Below, piece after piece: positions 8,987 to 18,614 of a stretch of DNA of 64,000 bases (position 1 is the stretch's first letter; the number at the start of each line of letters is the position of its first letter). The notes beneath the pieces are model-generated. The model was not told where the DNA came from, made no database searches, and saw only the letters and a list, made by a program, of their open reading frames with translations. The DNA is from an uncultured Poribacteria bacterium (GTDB lineage: Bacteria > Poribacteria > WGA-4E > WGA-3G): contig CATQHZ020000001.1 of assembly GCA_958296135.2 (NCBI GenBank), forward strand, positions 128,001 through 192,000. The letters run 5' to 3'. The translations under genes and the position numbers were made by a program.

Positions 8987-11845
8987 ATGCATAACAATGC
9001 AACGCTCGTTTTTCTGGCTATCTTTAGCCTCATGTTTGGTGTCCTCTGCTCGGCTTTTTCTCAGGATGGGGCAGAGGCAGAAGTAAGTTTCACGCTGCAA
9101 CTGCTCCATGCGGCGGACATGGAGGGCGGCGTGGCGGCACTTGAAAACGCGCCGCGCTTCTCATCTGTCTTGAACGCGCTCAAGGCAGAAGTTGCCGATA
9201 CGGTGATTATCGGAGCAGGCGACAGTTACCTCCCCGGTCCCTTTTTCATCGCTGGGAATGACCCGAGTCTCCGCGACGTTTTAGGACGTGAAGGCTCTGG
9301 GCGCGCCGATATCCTGATGCTCAACGCGATGGGGTTCATGGCATCCGCAGTCGGCAACCATGAATTTGACGCTGGTACCGGGGGGCTGGCCAGTTTGATT
9401 CGGGAGGATGGACGCGGCTACGTCGGCACGGCGTTTCCGTTCCTGAGCGCGAACTTAGATTTTAGCACCGATAGCAACCTCGCCGGTCTCATCGTTGATG
9501 CCGGGCAAGAGGCGAGCACCGTTCCAAATAGCATCACCAAAAGCGTCGTGATGACGACGGCTTCCGGCGAAAAAGTCGGGGTTGTCGGCATTACCACACC
9601 GCAGCTCAGCACGCTCTCCTCGCCGGGAGATGTGGGGATTGCGCCGGCAGACCCGGGGGATATTGCGGCACTCGCGGCAATCGTCCAAGAAGTCGTTGAT
9701 GCACTGACAGCGGATGGGATTAATAAAATTATCCTGACCGGACACCTGCAGCAACTGTCGCTTGACGAGGCGATGGCACCGATGCTGCGCGATGTGGATA
9801 TTATCATCGCCGGCGGTTCAAATACACTCCTGGCAGATACCACCGACCGGATGCTTGATGGCGACACTGCAGGTAGAACCTATCCTATCCTGACAAGTTC
9901 CGCGACGGATGAACCGATTGCAATTGTCAGCACCGATGGTGCTTACCGATACGTCGGCCGGCTCGTCGCCGAGTTTGACAGAGACGGTATCTTAAAGCCT
10001 GAATCCATTGATGCAGCGGTGAGCGGTGTCTTCGCTACGGACGAACAAGGCGTTGTGGATACCGGCAACGCGGCACCCGCACCGCGCGTCGTTGAAATTA
10101 CCGATGCGATTCGGGACATCATCGTGGCGAAAGATGGCAATCTGTTTGGGCAAACCAGTGTCTACCTGAACGGCAGTCGCCGTTCTATTCGCACAGAAGA
10201 AACGAACATGGGCAGTTTAACCGCCGCTGCAGATTTGGCGGCGGCGCAGCTCGGCGACCCGAGCGTGGTAGCCTGCTTCAAAAATGGCGGCGGCATCCGC
10301 GGTTCCATCGGTGTGACTGCCTACGGCGAAACGCTGCCGCCGCCCGCGAACCCGTTGGTAGGCAAAGCAGCAGGACAAATCTCGCAGATGGATATCGAAA
10401 ACGTGCTGCGTTTCAACGACGATTTGTCACTGCTCACACTGACAGCACCGCAACTGCTTGAAGTTGTGGAACACGCTGTGGCTGCCTCAGAGCCGGGTGA
10501 AACCCCCGGACAGTTTACGCAGGTTGCTGGGCTCGCTTTCAGTTTCGATTTGGCGCAGCCGCCAGGCTCGCGCGTTCAGTCGCTCGTCATCACCGATGCC
10601 GATGGCAACCCCACCGATGTCGTCGCACAGGAAGGGAGAATTATCGGCAGTGCGAAACGGACTTTCCGCATCGTTACGCTTAATTTCCTGGCCGATGGCG
10701 GCGATGGCTATCCCTATCCGAATGTCCCGAATACAGACAGAGTGGAACTTCCGACGCTGTTAACGGAGGAACTTTCCGGTGGCAACGCGACTTTTGCCGG
10801 GCCGGGGACAGAGCAAGACGCGCTGGCGGAATATCTCGCCGCGCATTTCTCCGAAACGCCGTTCGTCGATGCCGATGCCGGCCCCGAAAGCGATGAACGC
10901 ATTCAGAATCTCGCCTTCCGGACAGATAGTTTGAGCGGGTTAGCACCGACACCGACTACCTTTGACGTTGCTCTCAGTGCAGGGTTAAACATGGTGAGTT
11001 TACCGCTGATGCCCGCCGATGCCTATACCGCGCGCTCCTTCATGGACATATTCGGCGCGACGGCCGTCATTGCGTATGATACCAAGTTTGTCGGGTTCAC
11101 CGCGAATTCTGCAGGCGATGGGTTTGCCATTGAAGGCGGCAAAGGTTACATTGTCAACGTCACCGAAGCGAAGCGTGTCAGTTTCACTGGGAGTGCATGG
11201 CAAAATCCACCCGCCGCACCGAGCGCGCTGCCAAAACGCGCCTACGGACAAAGCACAGAGGCATGGGCATTTATTCTGCACGCGCAACTTGAAGGCATCA
11301 CCGATGTGACGCTGACTGTCTATGCCGATAACAGTGCCGTTAAGCACGACATGTTTATAGCGGGCGAGGGAAGTCACGCAGTCTGGGCAAACCTGAACCG
11401 GCAGACTGTCGTTTCGGCTGGCGATACGCTGACGATTGAAGTGCGCGACGCGGGGGACGAACTGATTCGCACGCTGCGGCACAGAATCACCGCCACGGAT
11501 ATCCGTCGGGCGTTCACAGAACTGCGGCTTACACCCGCTGAACTGAAACCGACACAGACTGTCCTGCTTGTCAACTATCCGAATCCGTTTAACCCGGAAA
11601 CGTGGATACCGTATCAGTTGGCAAATGACACTGATGTCGCAATTCACATCTATGCCGCAACGGGGCAGCGCTGCCGCAGACTGGTGCTCGGATACCAGAG
11701 TGCCGGCTATTACATCAGCAAATCACGCGCCGCCTATTGGGATGGCCGAAATGAGTTGGGCGAACGGATGGCTTCGGGTGTCTATTTCTATCAACTCATC
11801 ACCCCTGAATTCACAACGACCCGGGAGATGGTCCTTGTGAAGTAA
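8987..11845 (+). CDS. Secreted 5'-nucleotidase-family metallophosphoesterase with C-terminal YPNPFNP (FlgD-Ig/sorting-like) domain
   Basis: Signal peptide; LQLLH.AD.EG, AGD, GNHEFD, NGGGIR, F.QVAG, FLADGGDGY; tail NYPNPFNPETWIPYQL...WDGRN..GE..ASGVYFY. Confidence 0.9.
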   Translation: MHNNATLVFLAIFSLMFGVLCSAFSQDGAEAEVSFTLQLLHAADMEGGVAALENAPRFSSVLNALKAEVADTVIIGAGDSYLPGPFFIAGNDPSLRDVLGREGSGRADILMLNAMGFMASAVGNHEFDAGTGGLASLIREDGRGYVGTAFPFLSANLDFSTDSNLAGLIVDAGQEASTVPNSITKSVVMTTASGEKVGVVGITTPQLSTLSSPGDVGIAPADPGDIAALAAIVQEVVDALTADGINKIILTGHLQQLSLDEAMAPMLRDVDIIIAGGSNTLLADTTDRMLDGDTAGRTYPILTSSATDEPIAIVSTDGAYRYVGRLVAEFDRDGILKPESIDAAVSGVFATDEQGVVDTGNAAPAPRVVEITDAIRDIIVAKDGNLFGQTSVYLNGSRRSIRTEETNMGSLTAAADLAAAQLGDPSVVACFKNGGGIRGSIGVTAYGETLPPPANPLVGKAAGQISQMDIENVLRFNDDLSLLTLTAPQLLEVVEHAVAASEPGETPGQFTQVAGLAFSFDLAQPPGSRVQSLVITDADGNPTDVVAQEGRIIGSAKRTFRIVTLNFLADGGDGYPYPNVPNTDRVELPTLLTEELSGGNATFAGPGTEQDALAEYLAAHFSETPFVDADAGPESDERIQNLAFRTDSLSGLAPTPTTFDVALSAGLNMVSLPLMPADAYTARSFMDIFGATAVIAYDTKFVGFTANSAGDGFAIEGGKGYIVNVTEAKRVSFTGSAWQNPPAAPSALPKRAYGQSTEAWAFILHAQLEGITDVTLTVYADNSAVKHDMFIAGEGSHAVWANLNRQTVVSAGDTLTIEVRDAGDELIRTLRHRITATDIRRAFTELRLTPAELKPTQTVLLVNYPNPFNPETWIPYQLANDTDVAIHIYAATGQRCRRLVLGYQSAGYYISKSRAAYWDGRNELGERMASGVYFYQLITPEFTTTREMVLVK

Positions 11846-11864
11846 GGAAACCAGAGCGTCTGAT

Positions 11865-12301
11865 GTTCTCGCGCGCGCCCGGGCTCGTTCGCGCGAGGCA
11901 CGGCGACAACGTCCGCTGCCCCGTAGCGCGAGGGCCGTCACGCCGAAACGTTGTCCTCTCTGCCGCCTCGCTGCAGAGATGTCCACTGTCCCTCGCGCTC
12001 TCCCTACCTACAAGAAAGGCCCCTTTTCACCGTAGCGCGCGGGAAAACCCGGTGCTCGCGAATCGCCGAGGGTTCCCCTCGCGCTCGTTCACGCGCGGCG
12101 ACAACTGCCTCTTTCTCCGTAGCGCGAGGGAGAACCTGTCCCTCGTGCTCTCCCGCGCGCGCGGCGAAAACGTCCACGGCCCCGTAGCGCGAGGGCCTGT
12201 CCCTCGCGCTCTCCCGCGCGCGGCGAAAACGTCCACGGCCCCGTCACTCGCTAACCCCGCTCCCTGAGGTTTCCGTAGGCGCGCTTTCAAAGCGCGCCTA
12301 C
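11865..12301. repeat. REP-like cluster ending in the palindrome GTAGGCGCGCTTTCAAAGCGCGCCTAC
   Basis: Multiple CGTAGCGCG(A/C)GGG units; the palindrome at 12275-12301 supplies the TAG stop of the sulfatase. Confidence 0.88.
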
Positions 12302-13707
12302 CTCGCCCGGGCATCCAGCGGTTTTCTCCACTGTCCTGCAGTAACCTGCTCAATCAAAATGCGCGCCTTCTGACTTGCACGCACCTGCCTCTCAATTTCA
12401 ACCGGGTCCCACGCTGCCAAAAGTTGTGCTTCCAGTGTCTCGCGAATCGCTTGATACGCAGGCGCATCGCCGAGACTCCGAAATTCGCCCGGGTCTTCGA
12501 CGATGTCATAAAGTTCCGGCGCATCGCCGAGGCTATAGTTGAATTTGTATCTTCCCTGCCGCAGCATCGCCATAGGGCGCGCCACCCCGTGCGCGAGGTA
12601 TTCCGAGAAGGCGAAGTTTTTCCAATCCGGCGCGGTGCCTTGTATCAACGACATCAAACTTTCGCCATCCATCTGTCCCCCTTGCTGTGCGTTTGCCAAA
12701 TCGATTAACGTCGCTGTCAAATCCACCAGTGATACGACTTCATCGATGCGTTTTCCTGCCTGCAGATGCCCCGGCAACGTGATTTGCAGCGGCACGCGCG
12801 CCGATGCCTCGTAGAAATTAGACTTCCGCCACATCCCGTGCTCGCCGTTCATTTCACCGTGGTCGCTGGTGTAGACGACGACGGTATTCTCCGCCTGTCC
12901 GGTCTCCTCAAGCGCCTTAAGCAACCTGCCGATTTTCTCGTCAAGGTAAGTAATCAAACCGTAATAGCCGGCTCTGCCTCTGCGCACCAATTCTTCCGGG
13001 AAATCGACATATCCGAACATGCGTCGCATCCGTTGATAGACAGGATGCTGGTTTTCGAGGTGTCCTTCCGGGATGTGAGGCATGTCGATTTCGTCAAGCG
13101 GATAGAGAGCCCAGAACCGCTGCGGCACGACGAGCGGAAAGTGCGGCGCGATAAACGAGACGTTGAGGGCCCACGGTTGCTCCTTCCGCGCGGGTTCGCG
13201 GAGATATGCCAATGCCGCCGTTTCCGCCAGGTTATCCACCTCGATTTCTTCGGTTGTTCCGGGGCCTGCTTGTGCGAGTCCTTGCCATGGGCGCGGTGCA
13301 GGTGGCGTGCCGTTCGCCCAATCCGTGAGCGCGTGTTGTCGTTCTGCGTGCAAATCGCGGGCGAGTTGCGTGCGGAATCCGTGCAGCTGGTCTGTGCCGC
13401 CGAAGTGCTGTTTCCCGGCGAGGACGACATCGTAACCTGCGTGGCGCAGCAGATGCGCCCATGTGATTTCATCCGATGCCAGCGGCGTTGCGTTATCCCA
13501 CGCGCCGATGTTGTGGATATATTTGCCTGTCATGAAAGACATCCGTGAAGGCATACAGAGCGGTGAGTTGCAATAGGCGTTGGTGAACGTGATGCCGTTT
13601 TCAGCGAGTCTATCTAGGTTTGGGGTTTGGACGCTGGGGTGTCCGTATGGACTGCTGAACATGGGCGCGTGTTCATCGGACATGATGATAAGGAGGTTTG
13701 GGGGCAT
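12298..13707 (-). CDS. Sulfatase, choline-sulfatase-like
   Basis: PNLLIIMSDEH, YCNSPLCMPSRMS, GKQHF.G.DQLHGF, SF.APHFP, SDHGEM.GEHGMW.K. Confidence 0.92.
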   Translation of the reverse strand: MPPNLLIIMSDEHAPMFSSPYGHPSVQTPNLDRLAENGITFTNAYCNSPLCMPSRMSFMTGKYIHNIGAWDNATPLASDEITWAHLLRHAGYDVVLAGKQHFGGTDQLHGFRTQLARDLHAERQHALTDWANGTPPAPRPWQGLAQAGPGTTEEIEVDNLAETAALAYLREPARKEQPWALNVSFIAPHFPLVVPQRFWALYPLDEIDMPHIPEGHLENQHPVYQRMRRMFGYVDFPEELVRRGRAGYYGLITYLDEKIGRLLKALEETGQAENTVVVYTSDHGEMNGEHGMWRKSNFYEASARVPLQITLPGHLQAGKRIDEVVSLVDLTATLIDLANAQQGGQMDGESLMSLIQGTAPDWKNFAFSEYLAHGVARPMAMLRQGRYKFNYSLGDAPELYDIVEDPGEFRSLGDAPAYQAIRETLEAQLLAAWDPVEIERQVRASQKARILIEQVTAGQWRKPLDARAR

Positions 13708-13756
13708 GGTTGGGGGTTCCTCTAGGTAAGTCCTGCGGATATAAGTTATGATAGTC

Positions 13757-13975
13757 CTACGAGTCTTTAGAAAACTTATTTTTCAAAAACAAAATAGCTT
13801 TTGAAAGGATCCAGGTAAATAGAAAAAGAAAAGGAAGTTGCAAAAGGGCATGACCCAATACTTGTGCATTAAGCACGACATGTCCCAGACACAAAACCCA
13901 TGAAATATTCCAGATCCATCTGCGTTTTGTGATAAAAGCAAGCGGCAAGGTAATCCAAAGTAATGCAAGCAACAT
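13757..13975 (-). CDS. Small AT-rich membrane protein (about 3 TM)
   Basis: 72-aa hydrophobic ORF with GGAGG RBS just upstream and a TTGACT-containing promoter-like stretch at about 14025-14057. Confidence 0.5.
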   Translation of the reverse strand: MLLALLWITLPLAFITKRRWIWNISWVLCLGHVVLNAQVLGHALLQLPFLFLFTWILSKAILFLKNKFSKDS

Positions 13976-14196
13976 CGGATACCCTCCTAATTAAATTCTT
14001 CTTAAACTTCAGTTGCTGCTGTATAGTATAGCACAAAAGTTCTCTTCTGAAGTCAAGTTTTTGAGAAATCTTCAGGAAGTTCGATTTCTGCATACGCGAC
14101 AGCAATTTTAGAAACATGCTTCGCTAGAAAAAGAAGGCGACACGCATGAGGCAGACAAGAATCAACACGCACGTCGTGTACAACCTGAATCACAGA

Positions 14197-15837
14197 TCAA
14201 GCCGCGCGATGCTGATACAGGTTCTCCCTTGGCAGCATTTCCACATCGTCGTATGCAAACGGATGTTGCTCAATTCCAATTTGAGACTGGAATAGATTTC
14301 TCTTCATAGGTGAAACTGATGGCCGCTCTTCCTGCTCCGTTAACAATTCGGCGATGTCCTCCGGCAATTTAACCCCTATTTTATTCTCAAAGTCCTCGAC
14401 GCTCTGATAATCGCTGCAAAATGATGCGATAATATCCACACCCCGTTTGCTAGCAATAGTCAAATCTGCCCTGGCTTTTTCCCATTCGTGCTCGTGTAAC
14501 CACGCCAAGGCACGATGGGAGTAGGCATGCACAAAATCGGGTTTAAGTTGTATGGCCGTCGTGTAGTCCGTGATTGCCGTGTCAACTTCGCCCTTGTTAC
14601 GATAAACATTGCCGCGATTATAGTACGCGACCGCCAACATTGGGTTGAGTTGTATCGCTGCTGTATGATTCGCGATGGCTTTATCAAACTCGTTTTTGAT
14701 AGCGTAGGCATTGCCGCCATTGACATAGGCTGCAACATAATCGGGTTTAAGTTGTATAGCCATCGTATAGTCCGTAATGGCACTATCAAAATCGTGTTTT
14801 TCTCCGTGCACGACACCGCGATTGAAATAGAACTCGGCGTGATATGGAGATCGGTCTATCGCTTTTGTATAGTCCTGAATTGCCTTGTCCAACTCGCTGT
14901 TGTCCTCGTAGGCCATAGCGCGGATGGCATAAACTTGGGCATCGTCGGGGTTCAGTTCAAGGGCTTTGTTGAAGTCCTCAATTGCCAAATCTACCGTGTC
15001 TTTAAGGGCGTGAGCACTGCCACGAATGACATAGGCTTCGGCATAATTAGGTTTCAGTTCAATCGCTTTCGTGCAATTTTCGATTTCCAAATCGACTTCG
15101 CCTATGGTACCGAAAAAGTTCCCGCGGATGACATAAGCATCGGCATCATCGGGTTTCAGTTTAATTGCTTTGTTTAAGTTCTCAATTGCTTGACGTTCTT
15201 CGTTTTTGATACTGTAAGCAACACCAAGTTTGAGATATGCTGCAGCATGCTTTGGGTTCAGTTCAATCGCTGTCGTGTAGTCTGCAATTGCCAGATCAAC
15301 TTCGCGTTTGAATCCGTAAACGTTACCGCGAAGGTAATAGGCCTCAGCGTGCTTCGGGTTGAGCTCTATCGCCGTGGTAAAGTCCATAATGGCCCTGTCA
15401 AACTCGCCTGCGAGAGTGTAAACGTTACCGCGGCAATAATAGAACTCCGCATTTTCCGGATTGAGGCGTATCGCCTGATCGCAGTCCTTAATAGCGAGGC
15501 CGAACTTGCCTTTGATAGCATAGGCTGCCCCTCGTTGGGCGTATGCTTCCGCATAGTCCGAATCGGACCGGATTGCGGCAGTGAAATCCTGAATCGCTAA
15601 GTCAACTTCACCTTTGCCTGCATAGGCGATGCCGCGGTTGCAATAGAGATCTGTCCGCCACTGGGAGAGTCTAATCGCGTAGGTATAGTCCGCAATTGCC
15701 TTGTCAAACTCGCCGATGCGAAGGTAAACGGCCGCACGGAGAGTGTAAGGGACAGCAAACGTTGGACTCATCTCAATTGCGTTGGTAAAGTGCTTGATGG
15801 CTTGCTCATAATGCGCGAGCTGCGTTTGCGTCACCAT
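14197..15837 (-). CDS. TPR-repeat protein (about 13 repeats) with conserved C-terminal tail
   Basis: 34-aa periodic AYxxRGxxY...AIxDxxxAIxLxP units; likely start MVTQTQL. Confidence 0.9.
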   Translation of the reverse strand: MVTQTQLAHYEQAIKHFTNAIEMSPTFAVPYTLRAAVYLRIGEFDKAIADYTYAIRLSQWRTDLYCNRGIAYAGKGEVDLAIQDFTAAIRSDSDYAEAYAQRGAAYAIKGKFGLAIKDCDQAIRLNPENAEFYYCRGNVYTLAGEFDRAIMDFTTAIELNPKHAEAYYLRGNVYGFKREVDLAIADYTTAIELNPKHAAAYLKLGVAYSIKNEERQAIENLNKAIKLKPDDADAYVIRGNFFGTIGEVDLEIENCTKAIELKPNYAEAYVIRGSAHALKDTVDLAIEDFNKALELNPDDAQVYAIRAMAYEDNSELDKAIQDYTKAIDRSPYHAEFYFNRGVVHGEKHDFDSAITDYTMAIQLKPDYVAAYVNGGNAYAIKNEFDKAIANHTAAIQLNPMLAVAYYNRGNVYRNKGEVDTAITDYTTAIQLKPDFVHAYSHRALAWLHEHEWEKARADLTIASKRGVDIIASFCSDYQSVEDFENKIGVKLPEDIAELLTEQEERPSVSPMKRNLFQSQIGIEQHPFAYDDVEMLPRENLYQHRAA

Positions 15838-16633
15838 TCTCGGCATCTCCCTGCTGTTTACAAGTTAAACCTCTAGCGATCTCATTATAGAGTTCCGCAT
15901 TGAGGCGTTGATGTCTAATAAACCCGTGGATGTCGTTGTAGATAGTCTGGGTAGATATCCGGTGATACCTTTCCAAGTGCTTCAGCATCGGCTTTTTGAG
16001 GGATGCTGGGACGTTGATGACATCTTTCTCATTAGGCTCAATAAAGCCTTTCGAGTGTCGGACAAAGACGCTCTTCTGCGCGATGACGCGATGCATCGGT
16101 TCGTAAGGCGGCTGGATATAAGCCTCAATCGGTTCCCTCTTTTGCAAAAGAATCCGGCCATCTTGGCAAGGTGAACCGTCACAAGCCATGAAGAGCGCGA
16201 TGAGATAGTCCTCCGTAAAATCGATGAGGTTGGTCCTACCGCCGTAGTGTTGGATTTCGGCGAGGAGATCAGAATCGTCCACTTTTTTGCGTAAAAACCT
16301 CTTCGCCATGTAGAGCACGGCTGTTTGAACTTCCTCTATATTCGACAGTTCAAGGGCAATTTTTCTGTCATTTTCCTGCCCCGATGCTATCAGGTGAGAC
16401 AGGCTATTGGCGAGTGTTTCCAGAGCCTCTGCCATAACGTCAAAACTTTCCGATTCCAGAAAGAGACGGTAGAGGTTCGAGGAAACTTTCCCATGGTAAG
16501 GCGATTCCTGATAATGCTCCGGCTCGCCACGGAAGAGGTAATCGTCCTCGCGCGATTTCTCTTCGATCTGTCGCAGGAGTCCCTCAACGGTATGTTCCCC
16601 GCTGAGGGAATCGGTTTGGCTTGGGGTGTGCAT
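15806..16633 (-). CDS. FRG-domain protein
   Basis: YLFRGE, IQHYGG.TNLIDFT, IALFMAC, R.IAQKSVF, I....IYND..GF. Confidence 0.88.
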   Translation of the reverse strand: MHTPSQTDSLSGEHTVEGLLRQIEEKSREDDYLFRGEPEHYQESPYHGKVSSNLYRLFLESESFDVMAEALETLANSLSHLIASGQENDRKIALELSNIEEVQTAVLYMAKRFLRKKVDDSDLLAEIQHYGGRTNLIDFTEDYLIALFMACDGSPCQDGRILLQKREPIEAYIQPPYEPMHRVIAQKSVFVRHSKGFIEPNEKDVINVPASLKKPMLKHLERYHRISTQTIYNDIHGFIRHQRLNAELYNEIARGLTCKQQGDAENGDANAARAL

Positions 16634-16715
16634 ACGCGCTCCTTTTTAATAAGGATACCCTATTTCATAAAAGATGTCAACCGAACTTCTCGGCACGGAT
16701 TTCGCAAGAATCACG

Positions 16716-17816
16716 TTAAGGAAGTTGCTGCTTCGCGGGTCCCGGCACTGCGCCATTTTGAGACTGAAAGAGGTTCGGCCAGAGATGGGGCGTTACGGTT
16801 TGCACCTCCTGCTGAGTCAACATGGCGGCGATGGCATCTGGAAGTTGAATCCCCGTTTTCCGTTCAAAATCTGCGGTATTTTCATAATTTCGGCAAAAGA
16901 GTTCGCTGACGTTCGTTCCCCTATCTTGGACAGTTCCGAGGTCTGCTTGTGCCTTTTCCCATTTTTGCAGGTGCAACCACGCTATCGCGCGATTGTAGTA
17001 GGCTTGCGCGTTGTCAGGTGCTAATTCTATCGCGGTTGCATAGTCGCCAAGCCCTCGGGTGACGTTGCCCTTCAGGCAGTAAGCGTTACCACGATTCAGA
17101 TAGGCTTCGGCACAAGCCTGTTTCAGTTCTATGGTTTCATTGAAGTCTTGAATTGCTAGGTGTCCGTCACCTTTGGTGCCGTAAGCGATGCCGCGATTGA
17201 GATAGGCCTCAGCGTGCTTCGGGTTAAGTTCTACCGCCTTGGTGTAACTCGCAATGGCGAAGTCAAGTTCACCTTTCAGTCTGTAAGCATTGCCGCGAAG
17301 GTAGTAAGCGTCGGCCAGTTGCGGATTTCGTCTGATTGCCGCGTTGTAGTCCTCAATAGCGATGTCAATCTCATCTTGCGCACTGTAAGCGATACCGCGC
17401 TTGAGATAGGCATCGGCGTAGTCGGGATTCAGTTTTACCGCCGCGTTATAGTCAACGATTGCCAGGGCGAACTCGCGTTTGATGGCATACGCGTTGCCGC
17501 GATGGTAATAGGCTTCGGGGTAGTCCCAGTCGTAACTGCGGCTGCTGTGTATTGCCGAGGAAAAATCGTCAATGGCCAAGTCAATCTCGCCTTTGTCGAC
17601 ATAAACGCGCCCGCGCCCACAATATGCCTCATGCGGTCTTCGGGTGAGCCGTGTCGCTTCGGTGTAATCGGCGAGTGCCAGATCGAACTTGCCGATTTTC
17701 CGATAAACATCGCCGCGGTGGACGTGTGCATCGAAAAATCTCGGGTACCGTTCAATGGCTCTGCTAAACCCTTTGATGGCTTTTTCATAATGCACGAGCT
17801 GCGTTTGCGTCACCAT
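16716..17816 (-). CDS. TPR-repeat protein (about 8 repeats), paralog of 14197-15837
   Basis: TPR periodicity; same MVTQTQL start and similar C-terminal tail; RBS AGGAG upstream. Confidence 0.9.
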   Translation of the reverse strand: MVTQTQLVHYEKAIKGFSRAIERYPRFFDAHVHRGDVYRKIGKFDLALADYTEATRLTRRPHEAYCGRGRVYVDKGEIDLAIDDFSSAIHSSRSYDWDYPEAYYHRGNAYAIKREFALAIVDYNAAVKLNPDYADAYLKRGIAYSAQDEIDIAIEDYNAAIRRNPQLADAYYLRGNAYRLKGELDFAIASYTKAVELNPKHAEAYLNRGIAYGTKGDGHLAIQDFNETIELKQACAEAYLNRGNAYCLKGNVTRGLGDYATAIELAPDNAQAYYNRAIAWLHLQKWEKAQADLGTVQDRGTNVSELFCRNYENTADFERKTGIQLPDAIAAMLTQQEVQTVTPHLWPNLFQSQNGAVPGPAKQQLP

Positions 17817-17817
17817 T

Positions 17818-18540
17818 CTATGAATCTCCTTTTTGTGCATCGGTTAAACTCGTATAAAATTCTATGTAGGCTTCCAGATAGATGCCCTGATTTTTAATAA
17901 AGCCGTGGAGGTCATTGTAGACGGTTTCGGCAGAGATTCCGTGGTGTCTTTCCAAGTGTTCCAACATCGGCTCTTTGAGGCCTGCGGGAACATTGATAAC
18001 ATCGTCCGCGCTGGGTTCAATAAAGCCATCGGGATGCCTAATAAACACGCTTTTCTGGGAAACAACACGGTTGACTGGCTCGTAAGGCGCGGCGATATAG
18101 TCCCTTAGCAGTCGCTTTGCTTGAAAAATAACCCTACCGTTTTTGCGCAGAGACTCCTCCCGGTCACAAGCCATGAAGAGCGCGATGAGATAGTCCTCCG
18201 TAAAATCGATGAGGTTGGTCCTACCGCCGTAATGCTGAATTTCGGCGAGGATTTCAAAATCGCTAAGCGTCTTGCGGAAAAATCTTCTCGCCGAGTTTAG
18301 CATTACTGTTTGGACATGCTCAATATCAAATCGTTCTGCCGCAACATCAAAGGCTTCGCGCTCAAGGAAGAAGCGGCAAAGTTTCGAGGAAACTTTCCCC
18401 TCATAAGGCGATTCCTGATAGTGCTCAGGTTCGCCACGGAAGAGGTAATCGTCCTCGCGCGATTTCTCTTCGATCTGCCGAAGGAGGCCCCCAACGGTTT
18501 GCTCGCCGTTGAGGGACTCGATGTGGCTTGGGGTGTGCAT
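17818..18540 (-). CDS. FRG-domain protein, paralog of 15806-16633
   Basis: Shared LLRQIEEKSREDDYLFRGEPEHYQESPY and AEIQHYGGRTNLIDFTEDYLIALFMACD blocks. Confidence 0.88.
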   Translation of the reverse strand: MHTPSHIESLNGEQTVGGLLRQIEEKSREDDYLFRGEPEHYQESPYEGKVSSKLCRFFLEREAFDVAAERFDIEHVQTVMLNSARRFFRKTLSDFEILAEIQHYGGRTNLIDFTEDYLIALFMACDREESLRKNGRVIFQAKRLLRDYIAAPYEPVNRVVSQKSVFIRHPDGFIEPSADDVINVPAGLKEPMLEHLERHHGISAETVYNDLHGFIKNQGIYLEAYIEFYTSLTDAQKGDS

Positions 18541-18614
18541 ACGCGCTCCTTTTTAAAAGGATACCCTATTCGGCGGGATATGCCAACCAACCAAATGCTG
18601 AGCGGCGAATGCCG

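Noticed and set aside
14197-18540. Diversity-generating retroelement explaining the paralogous repeats (also considered for the AAA and WD40 repeats)
   Set aside because: No reverse transcriptase in the window, and the differences are not restricted to adenines.
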